A DNA stretch of 64,000 nt from Tubulanus polymorphus (Eukaryota > Animalia > Nemertea). Below are positions 49,667 through 62,300 of this stretch, one piece after another. Within the stretch, counting starts at the first letter, position 1. Each line of letters opens with the position of its first letter. Below the pieces are notes generated by a model. The model was not told the DNA's origin, did not search any database, and was given only the letters and a program-made list of their open reading frames with translations. The position numbers and the translations under genes are program-made. Location of the stretch: positions 13,219,062 to 13,283,061 of the forward strand of contig NC_134034.1 of the NCBI RefSeq assembly GCF_964204645.1, written 5' to 3'.

Positions 49667-51307
49667 GTCGTTATATCTAAAACACAGATCGCAATATGCA
49701 TTAGAGAAATAAGCCCCAGAAAAACCCCTATGACGTCATCGGGGTACCAAGTGACTGGATATAGACCTTAGAAAAAAAACCGCCTCCGTATCGCCAAGTA
49801 GCCTAGCGACTCATCTAGAAAAGATACCGCCGAGTAGAAGCGCCCTGTGACGTCATCAGGTTACGATGTGAGAGGCTAATGGATCTATTGGGATCTGAAC
49901 ATTTTTTTTCAAAATAGGCGTATTATTGGAATCAACCCAAATTCATATTTTGAGTTATGATGCGTGTGTTCCAACCCTAAAACTCACGAAATTCTGCCAC
50001 ATCAAACAATTCAAAAATTTAAAATTATCTTGAATCGTTTTGAGGCATAAGAGGCGCCACCTAGGTCCGCGGCGTGGTACTTACAACTAGCCTGTTTGAA
50101 ATGACGTCACGACACTGTTGGCACTGTTTCGATTCGCAATGTTCTGGAAAGAGTTAAAGTTAGGAAGGAGGTCCCCTTGTTCAAATTCTCAGATCACTTG
50201 ATAATAAAAAAGTGTCTACATCTCGAAATGTCGTGGTTTGCCGCGCGCAAGATTACGGAAGCGCTCTTGGGACATATCTATTCTTAAAAAACAATTCTAG
50301 GTTTACTCCGAGTTTGTGACTCGGGATAGAATAGGATTTTAGACCTTCGAATATCTCTTTTAACTGAGAAATTAAAACTAGTTTTATTCGGAGTAACGTA
50401 TTTCGCGTTACAAACTCGGATTCAATCTCCAAAACCAAATCACTTTTAACTATTTGATATTATCTAGATTCAGTAATTTTAGAATTAGTTAAATTAACTG
50501 TAAACTCAAGGAGATGGGTGGAAGGATTCCTCCAGAAATTTAACGAATAAAACAATACCAATTGCGTTGATCAATTATGTTGTTGGTTCCCATAGCCAAA
50601 TGATCGATATCAATAAAGTGAACACAAACCCACAACAAAAAAAGCCGAGAAGATAATTTGATATTTAGGCACAATTCTATGAGCCATGATCGAATTTATT
50701 GAACAGTTTTATTATGATACGCTACCCTCTGACTCGGTTGTCAAAACATCAGATTATTTCCTATTTTCTTTCATTTTATTGTGGGTTTTTACATGTCATT
50801 ACATTGTGGATTTTAGCTCAGTGACGGCCAGCCATCTTCCACTAAAGACGTTGGCCGTGTGCCTGTTATTTTTATTGTATTGTCCCAGTAGGGCGATATT
50901 CATGTGTACGCGCAATCTAGTCTAACTAGATTGCGCGTATAATCCTACCGTTTCAGTGAAAAGGTTCGGCCTGAGGGAGAAATACTTACAAACTATTTCA
51001 ATTGAAATGAAGAAAACCAGGGTTTTCCATTTATACCATGGGTTTTTTTTTACTTTATTGATATCAGACAGTCATCCTGTCTGTCGAAAACAGCACGTGA
51101 AAAGATCTAAATTATCTAAATCATTGAACACGTGAGTAGACATTGTTCAGATTATTAGCGTAGAAACGACACCGGTAAAAAAATCTTGCGTGTCACGAAA
51201 ACCTCCGATGTACGATGTCCGTGGGGAAACATCTTGTACTAACCGAATTTCGTAATGATAAAATTACCAGTTTGATAAAAACAAATCCATAATTGCCTGA
51301 AAATACC

Positions 51308-51657
51308 CATCCTTCCACGGCAGGGATTCGTAGGGACCTGATGGCATCTCGCTACACTCAGCCACGGCACGAACCCCTGATACAGTAGACCGGCTGCGCA
51401 GGTACGTGCGCAGCTTTGCCACGCGAAAACTTGCGGCACCAATCAGATCGCTCGTTGTACAATCGTTGAGTTGAATTTAACGGAAGAACTGTAAATGGGA
51501 AAACCCGGGCTTAAATATAACGGGATATCTGATTGGCTAATAATGACATCATCTAAGCTGCGCGTGTAACTGTGCGCACTCGGTCTAGTGTGGCAGGGTT
51601 TCGTGCCGTGACATTCTCGATGATGCCATCAGGTTCGAATCCCTGCCGGGGAGGATG
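51308..51657. mobile_element. 350-bp palindromic element with ~110-bp inverted arms, each ending in a tRNA-like B-box/T-arm
   Basis: CATCC...GGATG termini; flanks GAAAATACC / GAAAATACT (8/9-bp TSD); right arm CAGGTTCGAATCCCTG. Confidence 0.85.
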
Positions 51658-52981
51658 GAAAATACTGCACTAAGCTGCTGCTGGTATTCTCTGTAACTAT
51701 CAGACACCTATACGTGCTGGATATTCAAACGACGCATAGATAATGAGTACGACTCCAACTTAAAAACATGCGGGAACTCATTATGAACCATCGCGTTAAG
51801 CGTGTTTATTTACTGTACAAATATTGTATCGTCGAATTTTACATCGGATTAAACCACCGGGGATTTCATATTAACGCGATCGTACAAAGCAAACATTTTT
51901 CTTACATAGGAAAATGCTACAAGAAAAGTCGGGAATTCGTAAATTCGCGGGTATTACTGTGAGGTTAAACCGAAGCGTACTAAAACGAGGTTCGACTGCG
52001 CTCGGTTACATAAACCACGCAGTAATAGCGAAATGTATGTTTAATTCATTCGGTTGATGATAAGTGATAAGAAGTATTTGAAAATATCGAAAACCAATAT
52101 TCTAAGTATCTATTTCTAAAAATGTTATCACGAGAGGAATAATAGCGTTGCCTGTGCCTGATGTACGAACTACGCGCCTGTTGTAACATGTCGGTATTGA
52201 AACTGATATGATGATAATTTGTTTTTGGGGATTATCGCTATCTGTTGATCATGAACTAGCCGGTTCGAGCAAATCGAAGCTATCAGCATGCATAATTCAC
52301 GAAGACACTCATAACAAGAAAACTTACTTGAAAGTTTGTTGCCGCCTCGAAAAATAGCATATATTGTACAATACCGTCGACTGTCGTGAACGATAGTAAT
52401 GTAAATTATAAAGTACTAATGGATCAAGGAAGTTATTTTCGATTTGAGTTTATCGATAATTGAATTGAATTGACCGACAACCAGTCTAGCCCGGATATAT
52501 TGATAACGAAAGCGCTCATCCTCGCAAAAACAATGATCGAAATTTATCAAAAACAAGACTTATGAAATATTTCTTTTTTTATAACAAAATAAAAACAATT
52601 TACTCTTATAATGATTGTTTTGAAACGGCAATATTGATGACGTAGTGCACATCGACGGACGGGTATTTCAACGATGTAAACAGACGCATTGCCTATCCGT
52701 CCTATCTTACTAACGATAAACGAAGCATTCAAACCTTACGTTTCAAGTATGAAATGTCACCTGGCCCCCAGGCTTACCGGGATTAAACAAAGCTATTGTG
52801 TTTTAGATAATTAGACATAAACCGGTTGCTATCAGCAACGAGACACGAATTAAATCATCTTTGAACGCTTCCTCTTTCACTTCGTGTATGTGAATTATGA
52901 TGAGTATGTATATAATATGTGGTTACTATATTATAGCCTACATGACGGTTCGATCATTAGGACTCGGTTTTTCGCCATGAT

Positions 52982-53735
52982 CTTCGTGTTGTTTATCTTC
53001 CTTCGTGTTGTTTATCTTCCTTCGTGTTGTTTATCTTCCTTCGTGTTGTTTATTTTCCTTCGTGTTGTTTATCTTCCTTCGTGTTGTTTATCTTCCTTCG
53101 TGTTGTTTATCTTCCTTCGTGTTGTTTATCTTCCTTCGTGTTGTTTATCTTCCTTCGTGTTGTTTATCTTCCTTCGTGTTGTTTATCTTCCTTCGTGTTG
53201 TTTATCTTCCTTCGTGTTGTTTATCTTCCTTCGTGTTGTTTATCTTCCTTCGTGTTGTTTATCTTCCTTCGTGTTGTTTATCTTCCTTCGTGTTGTTTAT
53301 CTTCCTTCGTGTTGTTTATTTTCCTTCGTGTTGTTTATCTTCCTTCGTGTTGTTTATTTTCCTTCGTGTTGTTTATCTTCCTTCGTGTTGTTTATTTTCC
53401 TTCGTTTTGTTTATCTTCCTTCGTGTTGTTTATCTTCCTTCGTGTTGTTTATTTTCCTTCGTGTTGTTTATCTTCCTTCGTGTTGTTTATCTTCCTTCGT
53501 GTTGTTTATCTTCCTTCGTGTTGTTTATCTTCCTTCGTGTTGTTTATCTTCCTTCGTGTTGTTTATCTTCCTTCGTGTTGTTTATCTTCCTTCGTGCTGT
53601 TTATCTTCCTTCGTGTTGTTTATTTTCCTTCGTGTTGTTTATTTTCCTTCGTGTTGTTTATCTTCCTTCGTGCTGTTTATCTTCCTTCGTGTTGTTTATC
53701 TTCCTTCGTGTTGTTTATCTTCCTTCGTGCTGTTT
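52982..53735. repeat. 19-bp minisatellite (CTTCGTGTTGTTTATCTTC), ~39 copies
   Basis: Direct reading; source of the three overlapping repetitive ORFs. Confidence 0.98.
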
Positions 53736-55281
53736 TGCCAGGGCGGTTATGTTCGAATGATTCAAGATAAAACATTGAGTCTCCCGCGTAACGACGTAAG
53801 ACCGGTCCCAGCTCATTACGATTCTCGCCAGTTTGAACTCATTTAAGTTCTGTATCCAATCTAACAACCGAAGACTTGTCTCAGCTCATTTTGGTTCTAA
53901 AGCAAAACAACTTATAACAAGATCAGTCTATGTTCGGTTCTGAACCCAAGCTTACAACGTATGCAGCTGTCGATTTCAACTCTGTCGAATATGCGTCTAC
54001 TTTTTGATTATAGGTCTTTAGAAAAAGGTCGTTAACCTGTCGGTCTGTAGAATGTGATAATGGTGATCGTCTGGCGTCCAATACTCGGAAAACTAGTGAT
54101 CGCGCGATTAAAATGAATTATACTCGCGAGCGGTAAAGAATGACCGTCGGAAAACGTGTCGTCGGATCAAAAATCATTTATATTTTGAGTCGGGGTTCGA
54201 AACCCCACAAGCGAAGATCAATGGGTTAAACGAAAACGAAACCATCTTGAAAAATAAGAGAGCAATCTAACAACAATTTAAGACCAGTCTTACCCTATTT
54301 TAGTTGCCAATCTCAGAACTAATCACCAGTCGAAGCTCCGTTTGTTTTTGTTTTTTTTTTGTAACCGATCTTAAGGAGAAGTGAAACATTAAACAAGTGA
54401 GTCACGTCATCATACCTCACCGCCGCTCGACCAGTTTTCGTGAATAGTTTCCCGACTGGTATACGCCTACGTTTAGAATCGGTAAAAATCGCCCTTCTAA
54501 AGCGCTCGAAATCCCGACGCTGCTCTACACGGCTCTACGCTACAACTCGTCACGAAGTTTATCGCGTCCTGAAGTTTTATGAAGCTGTTTGTCACGCGTG
54601 CGAGCTTCAAACAATGATGCCGGTGAAATTATCTGCAGCATTTTGTGTCGGGTTGCGAACACTACATGCAACAAACACACCCCCCCCCCCCTTCATATTT
54701 TTTTCTTAAAAACGGGAATCGGATACTCACTTATATCATTTGCACTGAATCTCACTTAACTCTGTATAAGTCCAACAAAAAAAAAACATCGTGCATTTTG
54801 ATATAACGGCCATTGTGTATCTGATTTGCGCATATAAATCGTGCACCGAAATCTTCCAACCCATGTGGACGTAGGCCTATATGATGCATTGCCTTTAGAA
54901 TCCTTTCACGTGAAACGTATTCCTCGTGCAAGAGCTGAAGTGTACGGGTTTAATTACCCTCGTGTGAAAAATCTCTAAAATCTGCGAGAATTCGTAAATC
55001 TGCCCTTCTTTATTCAATGTCGTCGCCGAATAGAAAACAGGCGATGATGCAACGCGTTCACTGTTGACATCGATTGGTCGTCATGGAGATGGGGGGAATC
55101 CCCACTTTCTTTTTTATGTGGTTCTTTAGAAAATGGCCTACAAACGAAAAATTGTGAATGTGTGGGGGATTCACGAAGATTCCGGCCTATCGCGAGCCTT
55201 GAATATGAAATCTTATATGGAACATTATAGGAAATTTAACAACGGCAACCGGCGAAAATATAGGAACTGTGAGGATGAAAT

Positions 55282-55615
55282 CATTGGGACCATGAGGGTG
55301 GAAACATTGGGACAATGAGAGTGGAAACATTGGGACCATGAGGGTGGAAACATTGGGACCATGAGGGTGGAAACATTGGGACCATGAGGGTGGAAACATT
55401 GGGACCATGAGAGTGGAAACATTGGGACCATGAGAGTGGAAACATTGGGACCATGAGAGTGGAAACATTGGGACCATGAGAGTGGAAACATTGGGACTAT
55501 GAGAGTGGAAACATTGGGACTATGAGAGTGGAAACATTGGGACTATGAGGGTGGAAATATTGGGACCATGAGAGTGGAAACATTGGGACTATGAGGGTGG
55601 AAACATTGGGACTAT
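55282..55615. repeat. 23-bp minisatellite (CATTGGGACCATGAGAGTGGAAA), ~14.5 copies
   Basis: Direct reading. Confidence 0.97.
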
Positions 55616-56366
55616 TGGGCAGCTGGTACAGGGACGGCGTATCTAGGTAAATAGAAATGGGATAAAGCTGTAAACAGGGTTCAATTCCCGACCATTTTTA
55701 GAATCTTAAATTTTGTAGAGATACTATTCAATTCCCTCCGTGACACAGTTAGGGTAATGCCTCTGGAGCCACCACAAATAATCCGTAAGCCACGTTCACG
55801 CATGTCTGCGCCTTACGTTCACACGTAAAGAGTCATTTCGAATTTCAGACGATTCTCGACAGATGAAACTAACAACAACGATATCTTTTGTTTTACAGAG
55901 CATTTGGTCAGATTTTATAATTTCGTTTATTTACAAACATATAGATTATTATCAATAGACAACAGACAAACGTGACATTAGATATTAGCATAAAATACAA
56001 TTCTGAATAGATTCCAGTCCTGAGTATGAAAAACCATCGTTTCAAGGAGATATGCATAGAGATCACGTGAGAATTTCTGACCCGGATGTCAACACTGTTC
56101 ATATACTGGTACCAAATAAACCCGTGGCGCAAGGGTTGAATTTGCCCGACCAAAAAGCGTCGGGCCCAGGCCGGTGCCAAATTCTAGCGTGGTTCATAAT
56201 ATGGTTGAGCGTGAATGCCAACTGGTTCTGGAAATACCACAGCGTCTAATTATTAGGTCTATTATCTCCGTGCCATCACGTGGTAATGGTTGACTATATG
56301 CGTAGGCCCTGCGATCCCGGTTGGTCGGATGCAGCCACGAGTAAAAGCTCCAGCGAAAGAAATATT

Positions 56367-59300
56367 TCATCTTTTCCCGTCTGATTCGCAGCCGACATCC
56401 GAATCCAACTGTTTATCGATGAATCGATACGTGACGACTTTGACAACAGCCTGTATGAAATAAAACAACATCATATTGAATGTGATGCGCATTTCGTGTA
56501 TACTTTTGTGTAAACTTACAAAACTTCTATGAATGAGAAGATGAGCCGTATAAACCTGGGCTCGGTTTTATAGACTGGCATTAGCTTTAAGCTCGGGGCT
56601 AACTCAATTGGAAAATGTTTTAGGTTGGCCTTCGGGGGCCGGTTCCATAGTCAAGACATAGTCATAGTCCAAAAGTGGCATTAGATCTTAAGACTGGTTT
56701 TAAGTTGTTAGATCTTAAGACTGGTTTTAAGTTGTTAGATCTTTAGACTGGTTTTAAGTTGTTAGATCTTAAGACTGGTTTTAAGTTGTTAGATTGCCTA
56801 TAGAACGAAGTCGCTCTTAGAACGCTCTTGAGTCTAAGTCTTGACTATGCAGCCGGCTCCAGGTTAAAGGTATAACCAGTCTATAAAACCTGGTCCTGAT
56901 GTCTAATCAGAGTAAACCGTAGACACAAATTTATGGTATGGATATGTTAGATTGAGGAACGAGCTTTCGCTACTAGTCTTCACCAAAATGATCTTGAGTT
57001 AATATATAGGGTCGACGTGCCAACTAAATAACAGTACAACCCCAGTTAGCAGAGTTAGTCAATAGCCGCGACCACACGAGCCTGTTGGGCCAGGGCCAAA
57101 TTTGGCCCGACCAAAAACGTCGGACCAGGCCCGAGCCAAATTTTAGCACCAGACAAATGATTGCGTTTGAATTGCAACTGGTACCGGAAATGATCCACTT
57201 CGCTTTGTTTGAGCATTGTTTAGTATCGAGTGAGTGGTTTGCGTGTGAACGCGCTCTCTGATCAGGCACGGGCCAACGTGTCCGTGTGATCGCGGCTAAT
57301 GTGTATGAGGTGGTCCCTCATGTGAAACCACTATTCAGAGCTGGTTCCGAATCAGTGATCGCTTGTTTCCCAGTCCAGCACCCAACCAACCGAGCTAACC
57401 GCACATTCAGGCGCCTACCTCGTATTCACTGCGGGATTGAGGGTCGTATTTCGACGCGATCGGATCGACCACGTCTATTGTATACGCGCTTCCGTCGGGG
57501 TTGATGACGTCACCGCTATCGTTAATATTGGTCATCTAGAAAAAAAAGAAGCCGATTGTTTTGCGCGGGTCATACAACTGACCAAGTGAATACAACTGAC
57601 CAGTTGAGTCTCCATTTCCCGAATACAACTGACCACGATAGGTAGAACACAATATCCGTGTTGACGCGATGAGGAGAGAATCCCACAATGATAATAAAAA
57701 GTCCGAAAATGAAACTTCGAGATAGTAGTTTATTTCAACGTTTCGTCTATATCCTAATATACATTATTCCTGAAGATGTCTATTAGGATATAGTGGAAAC
57801 GTTGAATAAACTACACTAGCTCAAGGAATACTGTATTCCTGAAGATGACTATTAGGATATAGTCGAAACGTTGAAATAAACTACTATCTCGAAGTTTCAT
57901 TTTCGGACTTTTTATTATCATTGTGGGATTCTCTCCTTACAACTGACCAGTTGAGTCCCTCTTCCCCAAATACAACTGACCAGTTGAATACAACTGACCA
58001 GGTCAGTCCCTCTTCCCCGAATACAGCTGACCTGCAGGTCAGTCTCTCCTATCCGTACGTGTTGTCATTTGGTTTTTCGAGAAGAATCAATAAAATAACA
58101 AACCTGCATCGACGTTGGAGATTTAGATTTCGAGCAGTTGTGTAGAAATTGAGCCGGGGCTTTGACGACTCGAAATATGCTTTTCAACGAAGGGATGAGA
58201 TTGAACGGCGCCGCCAGAGTCGAGCCGTCTCTTATATACTCCAAATGCAACATCGTTAAAGCAAACTTCCATTCCATATCCTCTTCCTCCTAGTGTCAGA
58301 GCGAAACATTCAGAAATCATGTACAATGTACGTAAGTGGCTATACTTTAAGAGATCGCGGTTGCTTGGATGTGGAATAATTGACAATGAACGGATATTGT
58401 CTGTAGAGTTAAATAGACTGAACTGATTTTGACTGTAGAGTTAAAGTAATTGAAAATGAACTGATTTTGACTGTAGAGTTAAAGTAATTGAAAATGAACT
58501 GATTTTGACTGTAGAGTTAAAGTAATTGAAAATGAACTGATTTTGACTGTAGAGTTAAAGTAATTGAAAATGAACTGATTTTGACTGTAGAGTTAAAGTA
58601 ATTGAAAATGAACTGATTTTGACTGTAGAGTTAAAGTAATAGAAAAATGAACAGATTTTGACTGTAGAGTTAAACTAATAGAAAATGAACTGATTTTGAC
58701 TGTAGAGTTAAACTAATAGAAAATGAACTGATTTTGACTGTAGAGTTAAAGTAATTGAAAATGAACTGATTTTGACTGTAGAGTTAAAGTAATTGAAAAT
58801 GAACTGATTTTGACTGTAGAGTTAAAGTAATAGAAAATGAACAGATTTTGACTGTAGAGTTAAACTAATAGAAAATGAACTGATTTTGACTGTAGAGTTA
58901 AACTAATAGAAAATGAACTGATTTTGACTGTAGAGTTAAAGTAATAGAAAATGAACTGATTTTGACTGTAGAGTTAAAGTAATCGAAAATGAACTGATTT
59001 TGACTGTGGAGTTCAAGTAATAGAAAATGAACTCCACAATTAGGCTCCACCCGTCCACCCATCTATCTAAATCAACCTGATGTTTTGGATCGAAGAATAC
59101 GCCTACTACTCACCGATACAGCCTCGATCGTGCGACTCATCAACGCGATTAACATATTCACGGCCACAATGACGATCATAATGTGATACCCGGCGAACAA
59201 CACAACTCCGACCAGGTAAGTTATCGGTTGCTTCTCGAAGTAATCATCGATTTCCATGTAGCTGCTCTCCGAGTATCCGAATATCGACCAGAACAGAGTC

Positions 59301-62300
59301 GACGATGTCGCCGAAAGACTAGAATATAAGAGAATTAAATGCTGGGTTTTATTCGCGCCCGTCCTTGTTCGCGTTAGTCCGTGCTACGCGTTATAGTGCT
59401 CGCGTGAAAAAGGGGTCGCAACAACTTCGTATTTTGCAAAGGTCGTGGAGCAAGGGAGTAGGGGTTTCATATTTTGCGAGGGCCGTGGAGCAAGGGACCA
59501 GTGGGTTCAAACCTCCCTCCCAATATTTTGCTACTTCAAATGGGGACCTATGAAACATTTTCAGATTTTGAGAGATGAAATGGGAATGCGGAATGGAGGG
59601 GAGGGGGAGTAGTCTGTCAGGGAGGGGAGTAGTCTGTCAGGGAGGGGAGTAGTCTGTCAGGGAGGGGGAGTAGTCTGTCAGGGAGGGGGAGTAGTCTGTC
59701 AGGGAGGAGGAGTAGTCTGTCAGGGAGGGGAGTAGTCTGTCAGCTGCAATGGTTTAAACGCTTGATTCATTGATTTTAACGGATCTTAGTTTAAAATGAC
59801 GTCAGACTAGAATTAAATTTGTTTTCAGTATACTCATTAAAAGTGCTTTTTTCCAAAATCTATTAGAGTTTGGAATGTTGGCGCACTTTCAATCGAATAT
59901 AATATCGGGCGAATTTGAATAGTAATCGATCTGAAGTGACGTACGATGTAAGATATGGACTGGCTGAAACGGTGGTCGTGTTGCTGCGGAACATCGACGA
60001 TTTTTGCAGATTGTGTTCAGAGTAATACCAGTAGGTGACGACAAGTGACACGAGGAACGGAACGAACACAACGAGTAAAATAAACAGAAATTTCATCACG
60101 TCCTGAAAGAAATATCATACTAGATTTTATCACGCGTATAGTCTTCAGCGAGACGACGCGTGGAAACATGGAAACATAGAAAACACGGAATAAACATTTC
60201 TATCTCGGAAACATTGTTTCCCGAAACCAAGTTTCTCGTTAACGACACAGGGAAACGGTTGCATAGTCATGGCTTAGACTTAAGACCAGTCTAAGACCAA
60301 CTTAGTTCTATAGCTAATCTAACATTTTAAGACCAGTCTTCAGATTTAAGAACACTTTTGGACTTAAGTCACGACTGTGCAACTGGCCCCAGTGCCCATA
60401 TCTCCCAGTTTAGAAATTCCGAATTACAAACTCTTTAACTGGCCGCTTCTATCAGGTTTACACAGATTATGCTATTCAGGAATAGGTAGAGCGTATTCTG
60501 GACGGAAATCCGGAATCGGTAGAGACCTTCATTAATCTTGATCATTCGATGATTTGACGGAGGTAATACAATATATGAATCCATCACTTTATTATGAACT
60601 GAACTTACCTTCATCGCCTTGAAAAGTCCAATCTGCAGAGGACCAAGGGTTGAGCTGGCCGGTAGAAATACGGCAATCCTCGAAAAGGTCAACAACGTCG
60701 CTATTGCAAAGAGAACCTCGTATATTACCAGGGGATCCTCGGGTTGCCAGTACAGCCGATCTACATAAAGCAAGGATATTACAAACTTTTATTTTTTGGG
60801 AGTGATAATCTTACTTACAATATAAACATTAGAATAATACACGACAAATTCATTGCAACGCATCTTATTTACCATTTGAAAATCGTTTTTGAAAATTATT
60901 AACCCTAGTCATCTCAGGCTTACGTGACAGAGTCTCGTGATGTCATCAGGTTCAAATCTCTGTGAGGGAGGATGTGTCTACTAGGACAGGGGTTTATACA
61001 GTGACAGAGTCTCGTGATGTCATCAGGTTCAAATCCCTGTGAGGGAGGATGTGTCTACTAGGACAGGAGTTTGTACTGTGACAGAGTCTCACGATGTCAT
61101 CAGGTTCAAATCCCTGTGAGGGAGGATGTGTCTACTAGGACAGGGGTTTGTACTGTGACAGAGTCTCGCGATGTCATCAGGTTCAAATCCCTGTGAGGGA
61201 GGATGTGTCTACTAGGACAGGGGTTTATACAGTGACAGAGTCTCGTGATGTCATCAGGTTCAAATCCCTGTGAGGGAGGATGTGTCTACTAGGACAGGGG
61301 TTTGTACTGTGACAGAGTCTCACGATGTCATCAGGTTCAAATCCCTGTGAGGGAGGATGTGTCTACTAGGACAGGAGTTTGTACTGTGACAGAGTCTCGT
61401 GATGTCATCTGGTTCAAATCCCTGTGAGGGAGGATGTGTCTACTAGGACAGGGGTTTGTACTGTGACAGAGTCTCGTGATGTCATCAGGTTCAAATCCCT
61501 GTGAAGGAGGATGTGTCTACTAGGACAGGGGTTTGTACTGTGACAGAGTCTCGTGATGTCATCAGGTTCAAATCCCTGTGAGGGAGGATGTGTCTACTAG
61601 GACAGGGGTTTGTACTGTGACAGAGTCTAATGATGTCATCAAGTTCAAATCCCTGCGAGGGAGGATTCCTAGGATTACCACATCGTCCCCGGTGTGAAAA
61701 GGCACTTACCAGCTACCAAGTAATAATAGTTTTTTTTGGCTGTTACATCTTCCCTGATCAACGCATTCCAGGCGGGTGCTCCATCGTTGAAATATGCCAT
61801 AGCCTGATTCCTCTAGAAAATAAGACAAACATGTCAACACTTATATCCTGGAACAAAAACGATTTTAAAAAGTTCTGAAAAGCTCTTCATAAATAGAATA
61901 CGTCGAGCGCAAAAAAACAAAATGATGAATATATATCTTTTCATTCCAAGAGTAGCATACCAATTGGTAAACTCACAATCACAGGTCAGTTTTGACGACA
62001 AAGAAAAAAGGAAGAAGCATTTTGCCACGGCAAAGACCTAACAATGGAAAAAATGGCAGCCTCGATTTTCCTACTTTCTAAAAAAGATGGCCGCCAAGCA
62101 GCTGTGACTGACCTTGGTAACGACGACCGAGTAGCACGCGTAGGCGGCGATGAAAAACGCGAGCATAAAGAAATCCATCCAATTGCGATAATCGGAGATC
62201 AAAACACGGTGTCCTGTTTTGTAGACTTGTTTGATTTCCTGCCACAGTAAACCTGTAATTAGATATCATAATCACTAAAACCTGTAATTAGATATCATAA

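Noticed and set aside
52884-53846. Three overlapping hydrophobic ORFs (248-320 aa)
   Set aside because: Read-through of a stop-free 19-bp minisatellite; all three frames give the same 19-aa repeat.
55187-55491. Repetitive minus-strand ORFs (also 63148-63623)
   Set aside because: Products of the 23-bp and 51/53-bp tandem repeats.
60924-61667. Array of functional tRNA genes
   Set aside because: Only a B-box/T-arm is recognisable; no acceptor stem or anticodon arm can be folded.
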